Assembly: GCA_963718915.1 (NCBI GenBank)
Contig: CAVRAI010000013.1
Span: forward strand, 120,001-152,000
From: an uncultured Chloroflexia bacterium
Lineage (GTDB): Bacteria > Chloroflexota > Ktedonobacteria > Ktedonobacterales > JADMIN01
Direction of reading: 5' to 3'
Length of the DNA stretch: 32,000 nt
The notes beneath the pieces are model-generated. The model was not told the DNA's origin. It saw only the letters and a program-made list of their open reading frames with translations, and ran no database searches. The position numbers and the translations under genes are program-made. Shown here in pieces: positions 14,748-24,092 of the stretch (the first letter of the stretch is position 1; every line of letters starts with the position of its first letter).

Positions 14748-16506
14748 CTATTCAGGCAATGTCGGCAACAGGATGTGCGAGGGATGTTCAACATCATGCA
14801 GAACCGTCTGTCTGGCCACACGCCATGTGGTCGCCGTGGCTGGGTCTTCACCAGTGTTAGGATTGCGCTCCCACCGCGGGAAATTACTACTCGTCACGTC
14901 CAGGCGCAGACGGTGGCCCGGCAGGAACGTTATCGCGGTTGCCCAGAGATCGACGCTGATTTCATAGACACGGCCCGACTCTACCAACCCAGTAGGTGAT
15001 GCAAGGCCATCCCGGTAACGCAGCCGCGTGACTCCATCAGTAAGCGTCATCGCGCGACCATCTGGATAGACATCCACTAGTCGCGCGATAAAGTCGGTAT
15101 CCGGTCCATCGGTCACGACATACAACTTCGCCGTGACTGGGCCAGCCAGCGCAAGCGGCTGCTCAAGCGGAGCGGAGGTAAACACCAGCACGTCGTCGCG
15201 CGCCTCGATCAGTCGCTGATCGAACGCGCCAGCGCTGAGCGCATGGGTGCATTAAGGTCGCGCCACCGATGGTCGGCACAGGATTCAATGGGGCATACGT
15301 GTAGGTATCGGCTGGCTCAATACCCGGAATCTCCTGAGTCAGCAAACCATCGTCGTCTAGATCATTTGCGTGTCCATCGCTATGTAAATACCACGCCTCC
15401 AGACGCATTGTAGCGGGCGGCCAGACTTCGCTCGTGCGCCAGGTGTTCGCGCCCATCATGAAGTACTTCACGCGGGGCCATTGTTCAAACCCATTCGGCG
15501 TGTGCTTCAGGAAGTGATCAAAAAACTGAAGGTGCAGGCTGACCAGATCAATCTGAAGATCTATCAACGCTGCGCCAGAGCGGAGTCCGAAATCGAGGTC
15601 ACCGACATTCGAGGCAAAACTGGTGTGGGACCAAGGGCCAATCACCAGATACTGGTTAAGGTTGCCCTGGGCACGCATCGCATTGAAATTGCGAATCGTG
15701 CCGTTGAGGAAGATATCATACCAACCACCGATATGAAGCGCTGGAATGCGCGCTACCTCATACGCGGGAGTAACACGTGCAGGATCCTGAAATGCAAGGT
15801 CTTCACGGCGCGTAATTGCGTCGGTCATCGGCTGATCAAGTTCAAGACGGGCGAGGGGTCCGAAACGCTGAAGCGGTGTCTCAGCATAGCCTATCTCAAC
15901 GAATCGATCATACTCGCGCGCCATCGCAGTAAATGCCTGATACTGACCCGTGGGATTGCCACGGTTGCGCCTCGACAGCAAATCCAGTCCACGCTGCAGC
16001 AGCCATGCCCCCTCAAGACCCAATTCGAAGACGCCATTGCGTGAAAAGACTCCCTCGTTCGGGTCGGCCCAGGTTATCATCGGCGCCATTGAATGTAGCG
16101 CTGCTGGCGCTTCGCGTGCCGCCGCCCACTGAGTGAACCCCATATATGAGCCACCAAACATGCCAACGCTGCCATTTGCTCCCGGCAATGACGCTGCCCA
16201 TGCAACTGAATCTGCCCCATCGGCGCCTTCATTGCGCATGGGGTCAAATTCGCCTTCAGATGTGAACGTGCCGCGCACATCCTGCACGACGACGACATAA
16301 CCACGCCGTGCGGCCTGCGCTGGGTTGATCAGACTACTACCGAGCGGAAAGTCTTTGCCATAGGGTAATCGCATCAGCAAAACTGGATAGCGTCCCTCGC
16401 CGGCATCATCTGGCCGGAAGACATTTGCGCGCAGAACCACTCCGTCGCGCATGGTCGCGGGAACGTCGAAGTCTGCGCGCACGCCAGACATCATCTTTGG
16501 CTGCAT
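14748..16506 (-). pseudogene. CocE/NonD-family (S15 X-Pro dipeptidyl-peptidase-like) hydrolase interrupted by one frameshift
   Basis: The N-part ORF (15163-16563) carries the alpha/beta-hydrolase core (PVLLMRLPYGK, GGSYMGFTQW). The C-part ORF (14748-15191) carries the PepX_C-like beta-sandwich (DVLVFTSAPL...RLDVTSSNFPRWERNPN). Homologous sequence continues in a different frame (…TIGGATLM // SAGAFDQRLIEARDDVLVFTS…), with the switch at 15228-15253. The start is ATG 16506, with GGAGGG 5 nt upstream. Confidence 0.75.
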
Positions 16507-16619
16507 GACTACCCTCCACTCGTTTGGTGAGAGCGCATCGCCCACACCTTTCAATGCGCTCAAACTCGCCGAAGCGCCTGAAAGAGGCTTACTCGACGGC
16601 TACACCCTATACAATACAG

Positions 16620-16647
16620 CGAGGACGGCTCAGTTGGGCCGTCCTCG
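16620..16647 (-). terminator. hairpin downstream of the CoxG-like gene (intrinsic-terminator candidate)
   Basis: Perfect 10-bp inverted repeat: CGAGGACGGC (16620-16629), 8-nt loop, GCCGTCCTCG (16638-16647). It lies 22 nt after the stop at 16669. On the minus strand it is followed by CUGUAUUGUAUA, which is only moderately U-rich. Confidence 0.5.
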
Positions 16648-16668
16648 TATCGTGGTGCGAAACCGCAG

Positions 16669-17100
16669 CTAGCTGACTTTCTGGGCCAGGCTGGCAAAGA
16701 ACTGGCTAATTGCCTTGTCGACAAATGGCCGCGTCACCGGGTTATCAAGCGCGGCAATCGGGCCACCAAGGCTAGCGTTAATCGCATAGCTAAGAGTCGT
16801 TCCCGCGCCATTCTGCGCCAGATCAATCGTAGCAACGCCATTAATTGTGGTGGATGCGCCCTGCCGATTGAACGAGAGCTTCATATGGGTCGGCGGCGTG
16901 CTCTCCGTCTCCTGCGCCTGCGCGCCATAAGTACCTTTGACCGGACCAATCCCAACATTCGCCCGGACAAAGAGCGTACCAGCATCCCAGCGTACTTCTT
17001 CGGCTCCCGTCATCGCCTGCTTCAGCACGTCAGCATTGTGCAGCGCATTCCAAACCGCCTGAGGACTGGCGGAAAAGTTCTGAGTACCCTTAAGCTCCAT
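16669..17100 (-). CDS. CoxG-like SRPBCC-family protein (carbon monoxide dehydrogenase subunit G-like)
   Basis: 143 aa. The CoxG-family pattern runs through the sequence (MELKGTQNFSASPQAVWNALHNADVLKQAM...GPVKGTY...GGPIAAL...FFASLAQKV). Confidence 0.85.
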   Translation of the reverse strand: MELKGTQNFSASPQAVWNALHNADVLKQAMTGAEEVRWDAGTLFVRANVGIGPVKGTYGAQAQETESTPPTHMKLSFNRQGASTTINGVATIDLAQNGAGTTLSYAINASLGGPIAALDNPVTRPFVDKAISQFFASLAQKVS

Positions 17101-17239
17101 CGTCGTCTTCTAACCTTTCATACAAACAACACTTCAAACCACACAAATCGCCTGGCGATCCCGACCTGCACCATCAGCGGTCTGTCCATCGCTAGCGAGC
17201 AAGTGCCTGCGCGAGAATGATCAGGCTTCTGTCCCGGCC

Positions 17240-17268
17240 ATTATACCGGCCATCCCCGTCTATCGCAA
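17240..17268 (-). promoter_or_regulatory. promoter candidate for the CoxG-like gene
   Basis: On the minus strand: TTGCGA (17263-17268), 17 nt, perfect TATAAT (17240-17245). The -10 is flanked by a direct repeat (ATGGCCGG-TATA-ATGGCCGG). The predicted 5' UTR is about 130 nt. Confidence 0.45.
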
Positions 17269-17340
17269 GCGCGAGAGAGCGTTATAACCCTGTCTGCCTA
17301 AACCTGTTGGCTGGCTCTTACAAAGACGCCCCACCACTGT

Positions 17341-18141
17341 CTAGATAGATGGTATCGCGCCACCATCGATCACGACATCTTCGCCAGTCATCGAGGGGAA
17401 GACATCCGAGGCAAACAGCAGGGTCATTGCCGCAATCTCACTCATTCGCACTAGACGGCGAAGCGGGATGCCGCGCGCTTCTTCGCGCTCCACTTGCTCG
17501 ATCGAGAGACTTCTGGCCGCACTCTGAAGAGCAATGCTCTTCTCCTGTCGCTCCGTCATAGTCCACCCTGGACTGATCGCATTGATCCGCACGTTAAACT
17601 GTGCCAGTTCGCGAGAGATGCCGCGAGTAAAATTGACAAGCGCAGCATTCACCATGCTCCCAACCACGAAGTCAGCAGTAGGCATGCGCGCGGTACTTCC
17701 GATGATATTGATGATGCTGCCAGATTGGCGCTCCATCATATGAGGAGCAAGCGTGCGCACCAAACGAACATATCCCAATCCCTTGACCTGCCAGACTGTT
17801 TCTAATTCTTCCACCGGCATCTTGAAGAAGTTGCCGTTGTGGGCGCGGGCGGCATTGTTTACCAGGATGTCCACGGCTCCAAGCCGCTGGATGCTTTCTT
17901 CAGCCACCCGCTCGATCTCAGCTCGAAGTGTCAGATCAGCGACGATGGGTACGACTGGAGCCGACTGGCCAGCAGGCAGCGATGAAGCCAACAAACGCGC
18001 CACATCCTGAAGCTTACGAGTGGATTGTGCGACCATGACGACTCCAACGCCTTCGGCATGCAATGCCCGTGCGATCTCCAGGCCGATGCCTTGACTTGCG
18101 CCTGTCACGATGGCAGTCTTGCCACGTAGCCCTAACTCCAT
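17341..18141 (-). CDS. short-chain dehydrogenase/reductase (SDR) family oxidoreductase
   Basis: 266 aa. The Rossmann motif is TGASQGIGLEIA, with an NNAA motif and classical SDR length. Confidence 0.9.
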   Translation of the reverse strand: MELGLRGKTAIVTGASQGIGLEIARALHAEGVGVVMVAQSTRKLQDVARLLASSLPAGQSAPVVPIVADLTLRAEIERVAEESIQRLGAVDILVNNAARAHNGNFFKMPVEELETVWQVKGLGYVRLVRTLAPHMMERQSGSIINIIGSTARMPTADFVVGSMVNAALVNFTRGISRELAQFNVRINAISPGWTMTERQEKSIALQSAARSLSIEQVEREEARGIPLRRLVRMSEIAAMTLLFASDVFPSMTGEDVVIDGGAIPSI

Positions 18142-18221
18142 ATCTAGTACTCCCTATACCTGCAAAAGTAGACAGATCCAATGGCCGTGCTGGTCACTCC
18201 AAAATATGCCAGGCGGATGCG

Positions 18222-18632
18222 CTAACGTGAATGTAGTGGCCCTGCTGCCGAATCTGCAATCGCTTCCACCTGCCACCACTCGTTCACCCAGAGACCAACG
18301 ACACGCACGGGCAAACTCCACCCGGCGATAACTCGACATGCCTCGCGAATCTGCGCTTGATGTTCCTCGTCCGATACCGGATTGCCAGCGCATTCATGGT
18401 GCGCCGCGACGGCGATGAGTTGTGACTTATGGGCTGAAACTGAGACGCCTACATTAGCGCGTATGGCGTCGATCACAGCCTGTGGGCCTTGTGTGAGTGC
18501 CATTTCCGGGCCGGGCTGCGTGATAGTATCGACAAAATCAACAGAATACTGAATGCGCATCCATTCTGAGACAGGCCGCTGCACCCGCCCATCGATACAA
18601 TTGATCGCTGTAGCAAACGTCCCAACCGCCAT
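18222..18632 (-). CDS. small protein with beta-carbonic-anhydrase-like zinc-ligand motifs (function unknown)
   Basis: 136 aa, starting from ATG 18632 (GGAGG at 18639-18643, 6-nt spacing). The motifs NCIDGR (C-x-D-x-R) and AVAAHHECAG (H-x-x-C) are in the order and spacing of beta-CA zinc ligands. The protein is much shorter than canonical beta-CAs. Confidence 0.6.
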   Translation of the reverse strand: MAVGTFATAINCIDGRVQRPVSEWMRIQYSVDFVDTITQPGPEMALTQGPQAVIDAIRANVGVSVSAHKSQLIAVAAHHECAGNPVSDEEHQAQIREACRVIAGWSLPVRVVGLWVNEWWQVEAIADSAAGPLHSR

Positions 18633-18782
18633 GCTCATCCTCCGAATACCCATGAAGCTTTCGACACATACCCAGAAAGCATATCATATAGGGCTGAGCC
18701 TGCGAACACTTCGTTCTTGTTGGCTTGAAATGGGCTACAATGGAGTTACCATAAACCATGCGACAGCAGGAAGAAGCGCACC

Positions 18783-20234
18783 ATGAGTCGGCAACCAACA
18801 TCGCCTGCAAATCAGGCTATCGCCAGAGCGCTGCGAGCGTTGCCGTCGGTTGACGCTTTGAGCAGCGCGCTGGCGGAGCACTGGGGCTTACGTGAAAAAA
18901 TACGCCCGACACTGGCCCAACTAAACAACGCAGCGCGCGCAACGGTGCAAATCGCGCGTGCTGCTATCATGGCGGAACAGGCAGTGGATATCAGCCTCGA
19001 AGCGCTCATGAGTAAAGCAACTGGCTATCTGATAGGCACCCTGCAGCCAGCCCCTCGCCCAATCATCAATGCTACCGGCGTCATCATCAACACCAACCTG
19101 GGACGCGCTCCCCTGAGTGACGCTGCTCTCTCATCCGTCGCTGGCGTTGCGGCAGGCTACTCCGCGCTCGAATATGATCTTGAACGTGGTGAACGTGGCT
19201 CGCGACTGACGCCGATCCGCGAGCTGCTGCGCGACGTGTTGGGCGCAGAGGACGCGCTGGTCGTGAACAACAATGCAGCGGCAATCCTCGTCACTCTGAG
19301 CGCACTGGCCAGCGGGCGAGACGTCATCATCTCACGCGGCGAACTGGTCGAAATCGGTGGCGGCTTCCGCATTCCTGATGTGCTGCGTCAGAGCGGCGCG
19401 CGACTCGTCGAGGTAGGCACGACCAATCGTACGCGAGTCGACGACTTTGCTGCCGCCATCACCACCGAGACTGCCCTGCTGCTCAGCGTTCATCCCAGTA
19501 ACTATCGCATTCTTGGCTTCACAGCTACACCAGCACTGGATGAACTTTCGCAAACCGCGCACCAGCACCAGATTCCGCTGATTCACGATCTGGGCAGCGG
19601 GGCACTGCTCCGCACCGAGCGGTGGGGGCTGATGCACGAGCCGATGCCCCAGGAAAGTATCGGCGCTGGAGCTGATTTAGTATGCTTCTCTGGCGATAAA
19701 CTGCTCGGAGGTCCACAGGCAGGCATCGTTGCGGGCAAGGCACACTTAATCGCGCAATTGGAACGTCATCCGTTAACGCGGGCCATGCGCATCGACAAGC
19801 TCACACTCGCCGCGCTCCACGCAACGGTACGGGCCTATCACAATGGCACTGCCGAGCGAGAGATCCCTGTGTGGCGGATGATAACCGCGCCGCTTGAACT
19901 GATAGAGGCGCGTGCGGGGCAATGGGCCGAAACACTCCGCTCACAAGGCATCATGGCCAACGTGCGGGAAGGATTCTCCACCATTGGCGGAGGCTCCATG
20001 CCTGGCGAAACCCTACCGACATGGCATTGTGCCATTACCCCCAAACCGACCGGCCCATCGACTCCTGCCACCGTTGGCGACGCTGCATCGGCGCTCAGCG
20101 CGCGTCTTCGGTGCGGCCAAGCGCCAGTCATCGCCCGCGTTCTGCGCGATCAGGTGCTTCTCGACCCGCGAACAGTACTCCCCGAGCAAGACGCCTCACT
20201 CCTTCAGACTGTGCGCGACAGTTTCTCAAACTGA
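18783..20234 (+). CDS. selA: L-seryl-tRNA(Sec) selenium transferase (selenocysteine synthase)
   Basis: 483 aa. SelA similarity runs the full length, including INATGVIINTNLGRAPL and the PLP-lysine motif FSGDKLLGGPQAGIVAG. Confidence 0.95.
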   Translation: MSRQPTSPANQAIARALRALPSVDALSSALAEHWGLREKIRPTLAQLNNAARATVQIARAAIMAEQAVDISLEALMSKATGYLIGTLQPAPRPIINATGVIINTNLGRAPLSDAALSSVAGVAAGYSALEYDLERGERGSRLTPIRELLRDVLGAEDALVVNNNAAAILVTLSALASGRDVIISRGELVEIGGGFRIPDVLRQSGARLVEVGTTNRTRVDDFAAAITTETALLLSVHPSNYRILGFTATPALDELSQTAHQHQIPLIHDLGSGALLRTERWGLMHEPMPQESIGAGADLVCFSGDKLLGGPQAGIVAGKAHLIAQLERHPLTRAMRIDKLTLAALHATVRAYHNGTAEREIPVWRMITAPLELIEARAGQWAETLRSQGIMANVREGFSTIGGGSMPGETLPTWHCAITPKPTGPSTPATVGDAASALSARLRCGQAPVIARVLRDQVLLDPRTVLPEQDASLLQTVRDSFSN

Positions 20235-20317
20235 GGAACTCTTATTCCTGTCTCAGATTCCCTTCACATTTCATTCAGCCGCCTGCTACACGATAATTCA
20301 CAGACGCACCGCTCGTT

Positions 20318-20854
20318 ATGACGCGGCAGATTCCACACAGAAAAAATGGTGCAGCTATGTATCATGGTCCCCATGGTACTCAAGACCTTCCGCCAAGAGT
20401 CCAATCCTCGGCTAACTCATCTCGTTGGCTGGTTGTGGCGGTCGCTTTCTGTGGAGCGCTTGCGGGTGGAAGCATCGTCGAGGCGATAGCGGCGTTTGCT
20501 TCGCGTGCGAGCATGCTTGTCTCACCGGACCATCTCATTGCCGAGCCACTGGTACTAGCGGGAGCGCTCAGCGGTGGCCTGCTGGCAGCCATACTGGCAA
20601 GCAGAGATTATGGCAACGGTCAACGAGCTGATCCGATGATCGCTCAGTCGCTCGCAGCAACTGAGGCCATTCCTTCAGAACCGATGGTATGGCAACCAGC
20701 GCCGCTTCTGTTCCCAATCGCCGAGACTTTGACGTCGAACAGTGTGCCGCCCGCTCGCTCAAAACGCCGCGTACACCGCAATCACCGCAGGGCGCGTCTG
20801 GGCATTTATCGATACCATCCTGGGCGCATCGCGTCTCGCGGTCGTCGAACATAA
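20318..20854 (+). CDS. hypothetical protein with two predicted TM segments and a very basic C-terminus
   Basis: This is an ORF-only call. The hydrophobic stretches are WLVVAVAFCGALAGGSIVEAIAAF and LVLAGALSGGLLAAILA. There is no convincing SD and I recognise no family. Confidence 0.35.
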   Translation: MTRQIPHRKNGAAMYHGPHGTQDLPPRVQSSANSSRWLVVAVAFCGALAGGSIVEAIAAFASRASMLVSPDHLIAEPLVLAGALSGGLLAAILASRDYGNGQRADPMIAQSLAATEAIPSEPMVWQPAPLLFPIAETLTSNSVPPARSKRRVHRNHRRARLGIYRYHPGRIASRGRRT

Positions 20855-20878
20855 TCGATACATCTCATGATCGCTGAA

Positions 20879-21340
20879 TTATTCGCCAGGTTCGTCCCCC
20901 AAAAAAGGAAGCTGGCGCTGGATCAGACGACAAAACCGTAACACTGCGGCCGCAGAGGCGAGATCCCATTCTTGATCAGGATCGTGCCTGCGACGAAGTG
21001 AAAGGGTAGGACGGGGTGCGTGCGGAGCAGGGCGAGTCAACGCCTGTAGCACATAGATAACATCGTCGCGTAACACGCGATCAATCACTCCCGTTCGCTC
21101 TAACTCGACAACGCGTGCGACAATGAATTCAATCTCGCTACGCACCGCGCTTACCTCAATACCTTCAACAGGCACATCTTCAGAACTGACACCTGCCGAC
21201 GACGCCTCTTCAGTGGGAACAGGCATACGTGAGAAGCTCTCCGCGCGCAGGTCGGTAGAGCGTGGTATCGATTCGTTTGGATCAAGCGCAACATTGAGTG
21301 ACGCCAGCAAATCTGCCAGTTGACCCTGCCAGTCCGCCAT
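20879..21340 (-). CDS. hypothetical protein, last gene of the kinase/regulator operon
   Basis: 153 aa from ATG 21340, which has a strong SD (GAGGAGG, 6 nt upstream). It is on the same strand as the NarL-type regulator and 89 nt downstream of it. I recognise no family. Confidence 0.55.
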   Translation of the reverse strand: MADWQGQLADLLASLNVALDPNESIPRSTDLRAESFSRMPVPTEEASSAGVSSEDVPVEGIEVSAVRSEIEFIVARVVELERTGVIDRVLRDDVIYVLQALTRPAPHAPRPTLSLRRRHDPDQEWDLASAAAVLRFCRLIQRQLPFLGDEPGE

Positions 21341-21429
21341 ACATATCCTCCTCAATGCTGCGCATACAACATAATCTTATCGACGCCGCCAGGCGCAAGC
21401 AAACTTACCGGCGCTGAAGCCTCGCTATT

Positions 21430-22128
21430 CTAACATAGAGGGTCTGCCATGTCGAGCCACCCCAGCCGCTGAGCGCGCATCAATGCATCCGCGCGCGAGG
21501 TAGCATTGAGCTTCAGAAAGAGATTGTGAACGTGATATTCCACTGTATGGACACTGACACTAAGTTCATCGGCGATATCTTTGTTTTTTAGCCCGCGCGC
21601 TAATGCACGAAGCACATCTAGTTCCTTCGGGGTGAGCGTCGAAAGTTCCTGTGCCCCGGATTGGCCGAGCACATGAGTCGCCACTGAACAGATCACTTTG
21701 TTGCCGTCCATCACGCTACGAATCGCCGCTACTAACTCGATATCGCTGCTCGTTTTCATCAGATAACCATCAACGCCAAGTCGATGCAGCGTTTGTAGCG
21801 CCGCTTCGCTGTTGTAGCCGGTGAGAATTACAATACGCCACTCTGGCTTTCGCTGCTTCAGCAGGCGGGCGGTCTTAACACCGTCAACTCTAGGCAGATT
21901 GATATCGAGCAACACCACATCAGCCTCAATATATTCTGCGAGCGTGAGCGCCTCGTCGCCATCTGATGCTTCACCAACAACAACAAAATCATGCTCATCT
22001 TCCAAAAAGCGTCTGGTTCCCGCACGCATCACTGCATGGTCATCGACAAGGATGATGCGTATCATGTGTTGGCCATCTGAAGACATCACCTCTGTACGTT
22101 GCACCTGCTCCTCCTCCTCCACCGGCAT
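21430..22128 (-). CDS. NarL/FixJ (LuxR-type) two-component response regulator
   Basis: The receiver is IRIILVDDHAVMR...VVLLDINLPRVDG. The C-terminal LuxR HTH is LTPKELDVLRALARGLKNKDIADELSVSVHTVEYHVHNLFLKL. The true start is probably internal to the ORF. Confidence 0.9.
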   Translation of the reverse strand: MPVEEEEQVQRTEVMSSDGQHMIRIILVDDHAVMRAGTRRFLEDEHDFVVVGEASDGDEALTLAEYIEADVVLLDINLPRVDGVKTARLLKQRKPEWRIVILTGYNSEAALQTLHRLGVDGYLMKTSSDIELVAAIRSVMDGNKVICSVATHVLGQSGAQELSTLTPKELDVLRALARGLKNKDIADELSVSVHTVEYHVHNLFLKLNATSRADALMRAQRLGWLDMADPLC

Positions 22129-22177
22129 GACTGATCAAGTCTGCCCAACATTCGGGCGCACGCTGGCGTACGCTGTC

Positions 22178-23821
22178 TTAGTTGGCGCTGAGCGGCTCCG
22201 CGGTCTCATTCAGCGGTGACATGACCGTCACGCGCGTTCCTCCAAGTGGTTCGCGACGAATATCGAGCCGCCCATCGAGTTGCTCGGCACGCTCCCGCAT
22301 GCCCGCCAGCCCCAGGTGGCCACTGCGTATGAGCGTGCCCATATCCAGCGGCAGCGGCATCCCTTCACCGTTGTCGATGATGGTCAGGCATATCCACAAG
22401 GCGCCAGAGACCCTTCTTGGGTCGTTACCTCCACCTGGCAAGGGCGCGAGTAGCGACAAATACAGAATACTCGCCGATGCCTTGGCGTGTCTGCCAGCAT
22501 TCGTCCAGGCTTCTTGAGCAATCCGATACAGATGAACCGCACGATCTGGCAACAAGCCTTCAGCCGCGTGCGCAGAATCGTCATCATAGTAGACGGAGAT
22601 ATCCATGCCAGTTGTGCGCGCCACATGAGCGGCAAGTTCGTCCAGCGCCGTCGGCAGTCCGAGCACACGCAATGCCTCTGGATATAGCCCCATACAGAGC
22701 GCCCGAAGCTTCTGCTCCAGAACCTGGGATCGATCCGCTAGCTGTCTGAGTTCTTCACGCAGCCGATCTATCGCGGGTTCCATTGCCCGCTCTGAGGCCA
22801 AACTGAGGTGCTGGCTATCAGCAAGCGGGCGCTCGTCTTGCCATGACGCCGCCAGTTCTTCCGCCAGCCGAGTACAGAATTGTGCGTGACGGATCACGTA
22901 GAGCACCTCCTGCAAGGCGTCATCATGGAGGTCACGAGCCAACGAAGATCGTTCACGTTCTTCGGCGCTCACCAACTCGCGGAGCAAGAGTTGCAGTTCC
23001 GCGCGGGCAGCTATCAACTGCTTGGTAGATGTTTGCACCTGCACGAGTGAAACATGCAGGCCCTGAATCAACAAGGCGTTCGCATATGCTGTCCCGACAA
23101 GATGAGCGACTATCACCAGAAGCGACCGATCCTTGCGCTGGAGTGATCCACCGATACGCTTAGGCCCAATAACCAGCAGCCCCGCAATCGCGCCTCCTGA
23201 CACCGACTCGATCAGCACCAACTCCTCGCACCCACGCCACGGGTTGCGCATTGCCATTCGTTGCCGGAGCAACATTTCGGATTCCTCAGGAAGGCGCGCC
23301 AGACCCGCAAGCATGTGCGCTTTCCCTTCTTCAGTCGCATATTGTCCCCGCGCGTAAATGTCCCCGGCTTCCAGTACCTGCATAACGCCTGCGTCCAGGC
23401 CTTCCGGCAACGCAACATAGGCAATAGCTGCGAGATTAATCGTCGCCTCAAGACTATCAAGCAGGTACCCAGTAATGCTATCCTGGTCGCTGAGCGCACC
23501 AAATTTCTGGCTGTACTGTTGCAGCACTGCGCCCAATTCATACGTATCATGATACAGGGTGCGATCCAGCACCCCCCGTAAGCGCGCGAAGAGCGGCAGA
23601 TAGATCATCGCACCCAGCGCAATTGCGGAATATGTCAGCAAGCGCGCCGCGCTGACATCGTAAAGCCCGGCGAAACGATTCACGTACATGACTGCAAGCG
23701 CCTCAAGGATCAGTAGCAATCCACCGAGCAGTAGATAAAGAAGAAGGCGCGTTACCCCTTGCAGGCGTACATATAAGGTATTCACCAGTATTCGGACGGC
23801 CCTGTCACTTGTCTTCGCCAT
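22178..23821 (-). CDS. membrane sensor histidine kinase, HisKA_3 / NarX-type
   Basis: 547 aa. It has N-terminal TM helices and a central GAF-like region. The HisKA_3 H-box is ERERSSLARDLHDDALQEVL, and the HATPase_c region includes IIDNGEGM...GHLGLAGMRERA. SD AGGTGA lies upstream of ATG 23821. Confidence 0.85.
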   Translation of the reverse strand: MAKTSDRAVRILVNTLYVRLQGVTRLLLYLLLGGLLLILEALAVMYVNRFAGLYDVSAARLLTYSAIALGAMIYLPLFARLRGVLDRTLYHDTYELGAVLQQYSQKFGALSDQDSITGYLLDSLEATINLAAIAYVALPEGLDAGVMQVLEAGDIYARGQYATEEGKAHMLAGLARLPEESEMLLRQRMAMRNPWRGCEELVLIESVSGGAIAGLLVIGPKRIGGSLQRKDRSLLVIVAHLVGTAYANALLIQGLHVSLVQVQTSTKQLIAARAELQLLLRELVSAEERERSSLARDLHDDALQEVLYVIRHAQFCTRLAEELAASWQDERPLADSQHLSLASERAMEPAIDRLREELRQLADRSQVLEQKLRALCMGLYPEALRVLGLPTALDELAAHVARTTGMDISVYYDDDSAHAAEGLLPDRAVHLYRIAQEAWTNAGRHAKASASILYLSLLAPLPGGGNDPRRVSGALWICLTIIDNGEGMPLPLDMGTLIRSGHLGLAGMRERAEQLDGRLDIRREPLGGTRVTVMSPLNETAEPLSAN

Positions 23822-24003
23822 GTGAGGTCACCTGATTGGCGTATTTGCGGTTGTCGTGTTCTGGAATCCGCGGCTATCGTACTACAGATGGCCGGTACAC
23901 TCAACGATACACGGGCCATTGGTCCTCCCATGAGAGTCGCACAGAACGTCCGCGAACACCGGTTATCTGCCGACAAACGCAGCCGCGATTCTATGTAGTC
24001 AGC

Positions 24004-24033
24004 TTGACAGGGCAAGAGACCTTTTGCAATACT
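24004..24033 (+). promoter_or_regulatory. promoter candidate for the ParA-like gene
   Basis: TTGACA (24004-24009), 18 nt, AATACT (24028-24033). It lies about 60 nt upstream of ATG 24093. Confidence 0.4.
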
Positions 24034-24092
24034 AATTTGGTCGTAAGAAGACCAGCGTAACGCACATATACAGCGGCTAGGAAGCAAGCACC

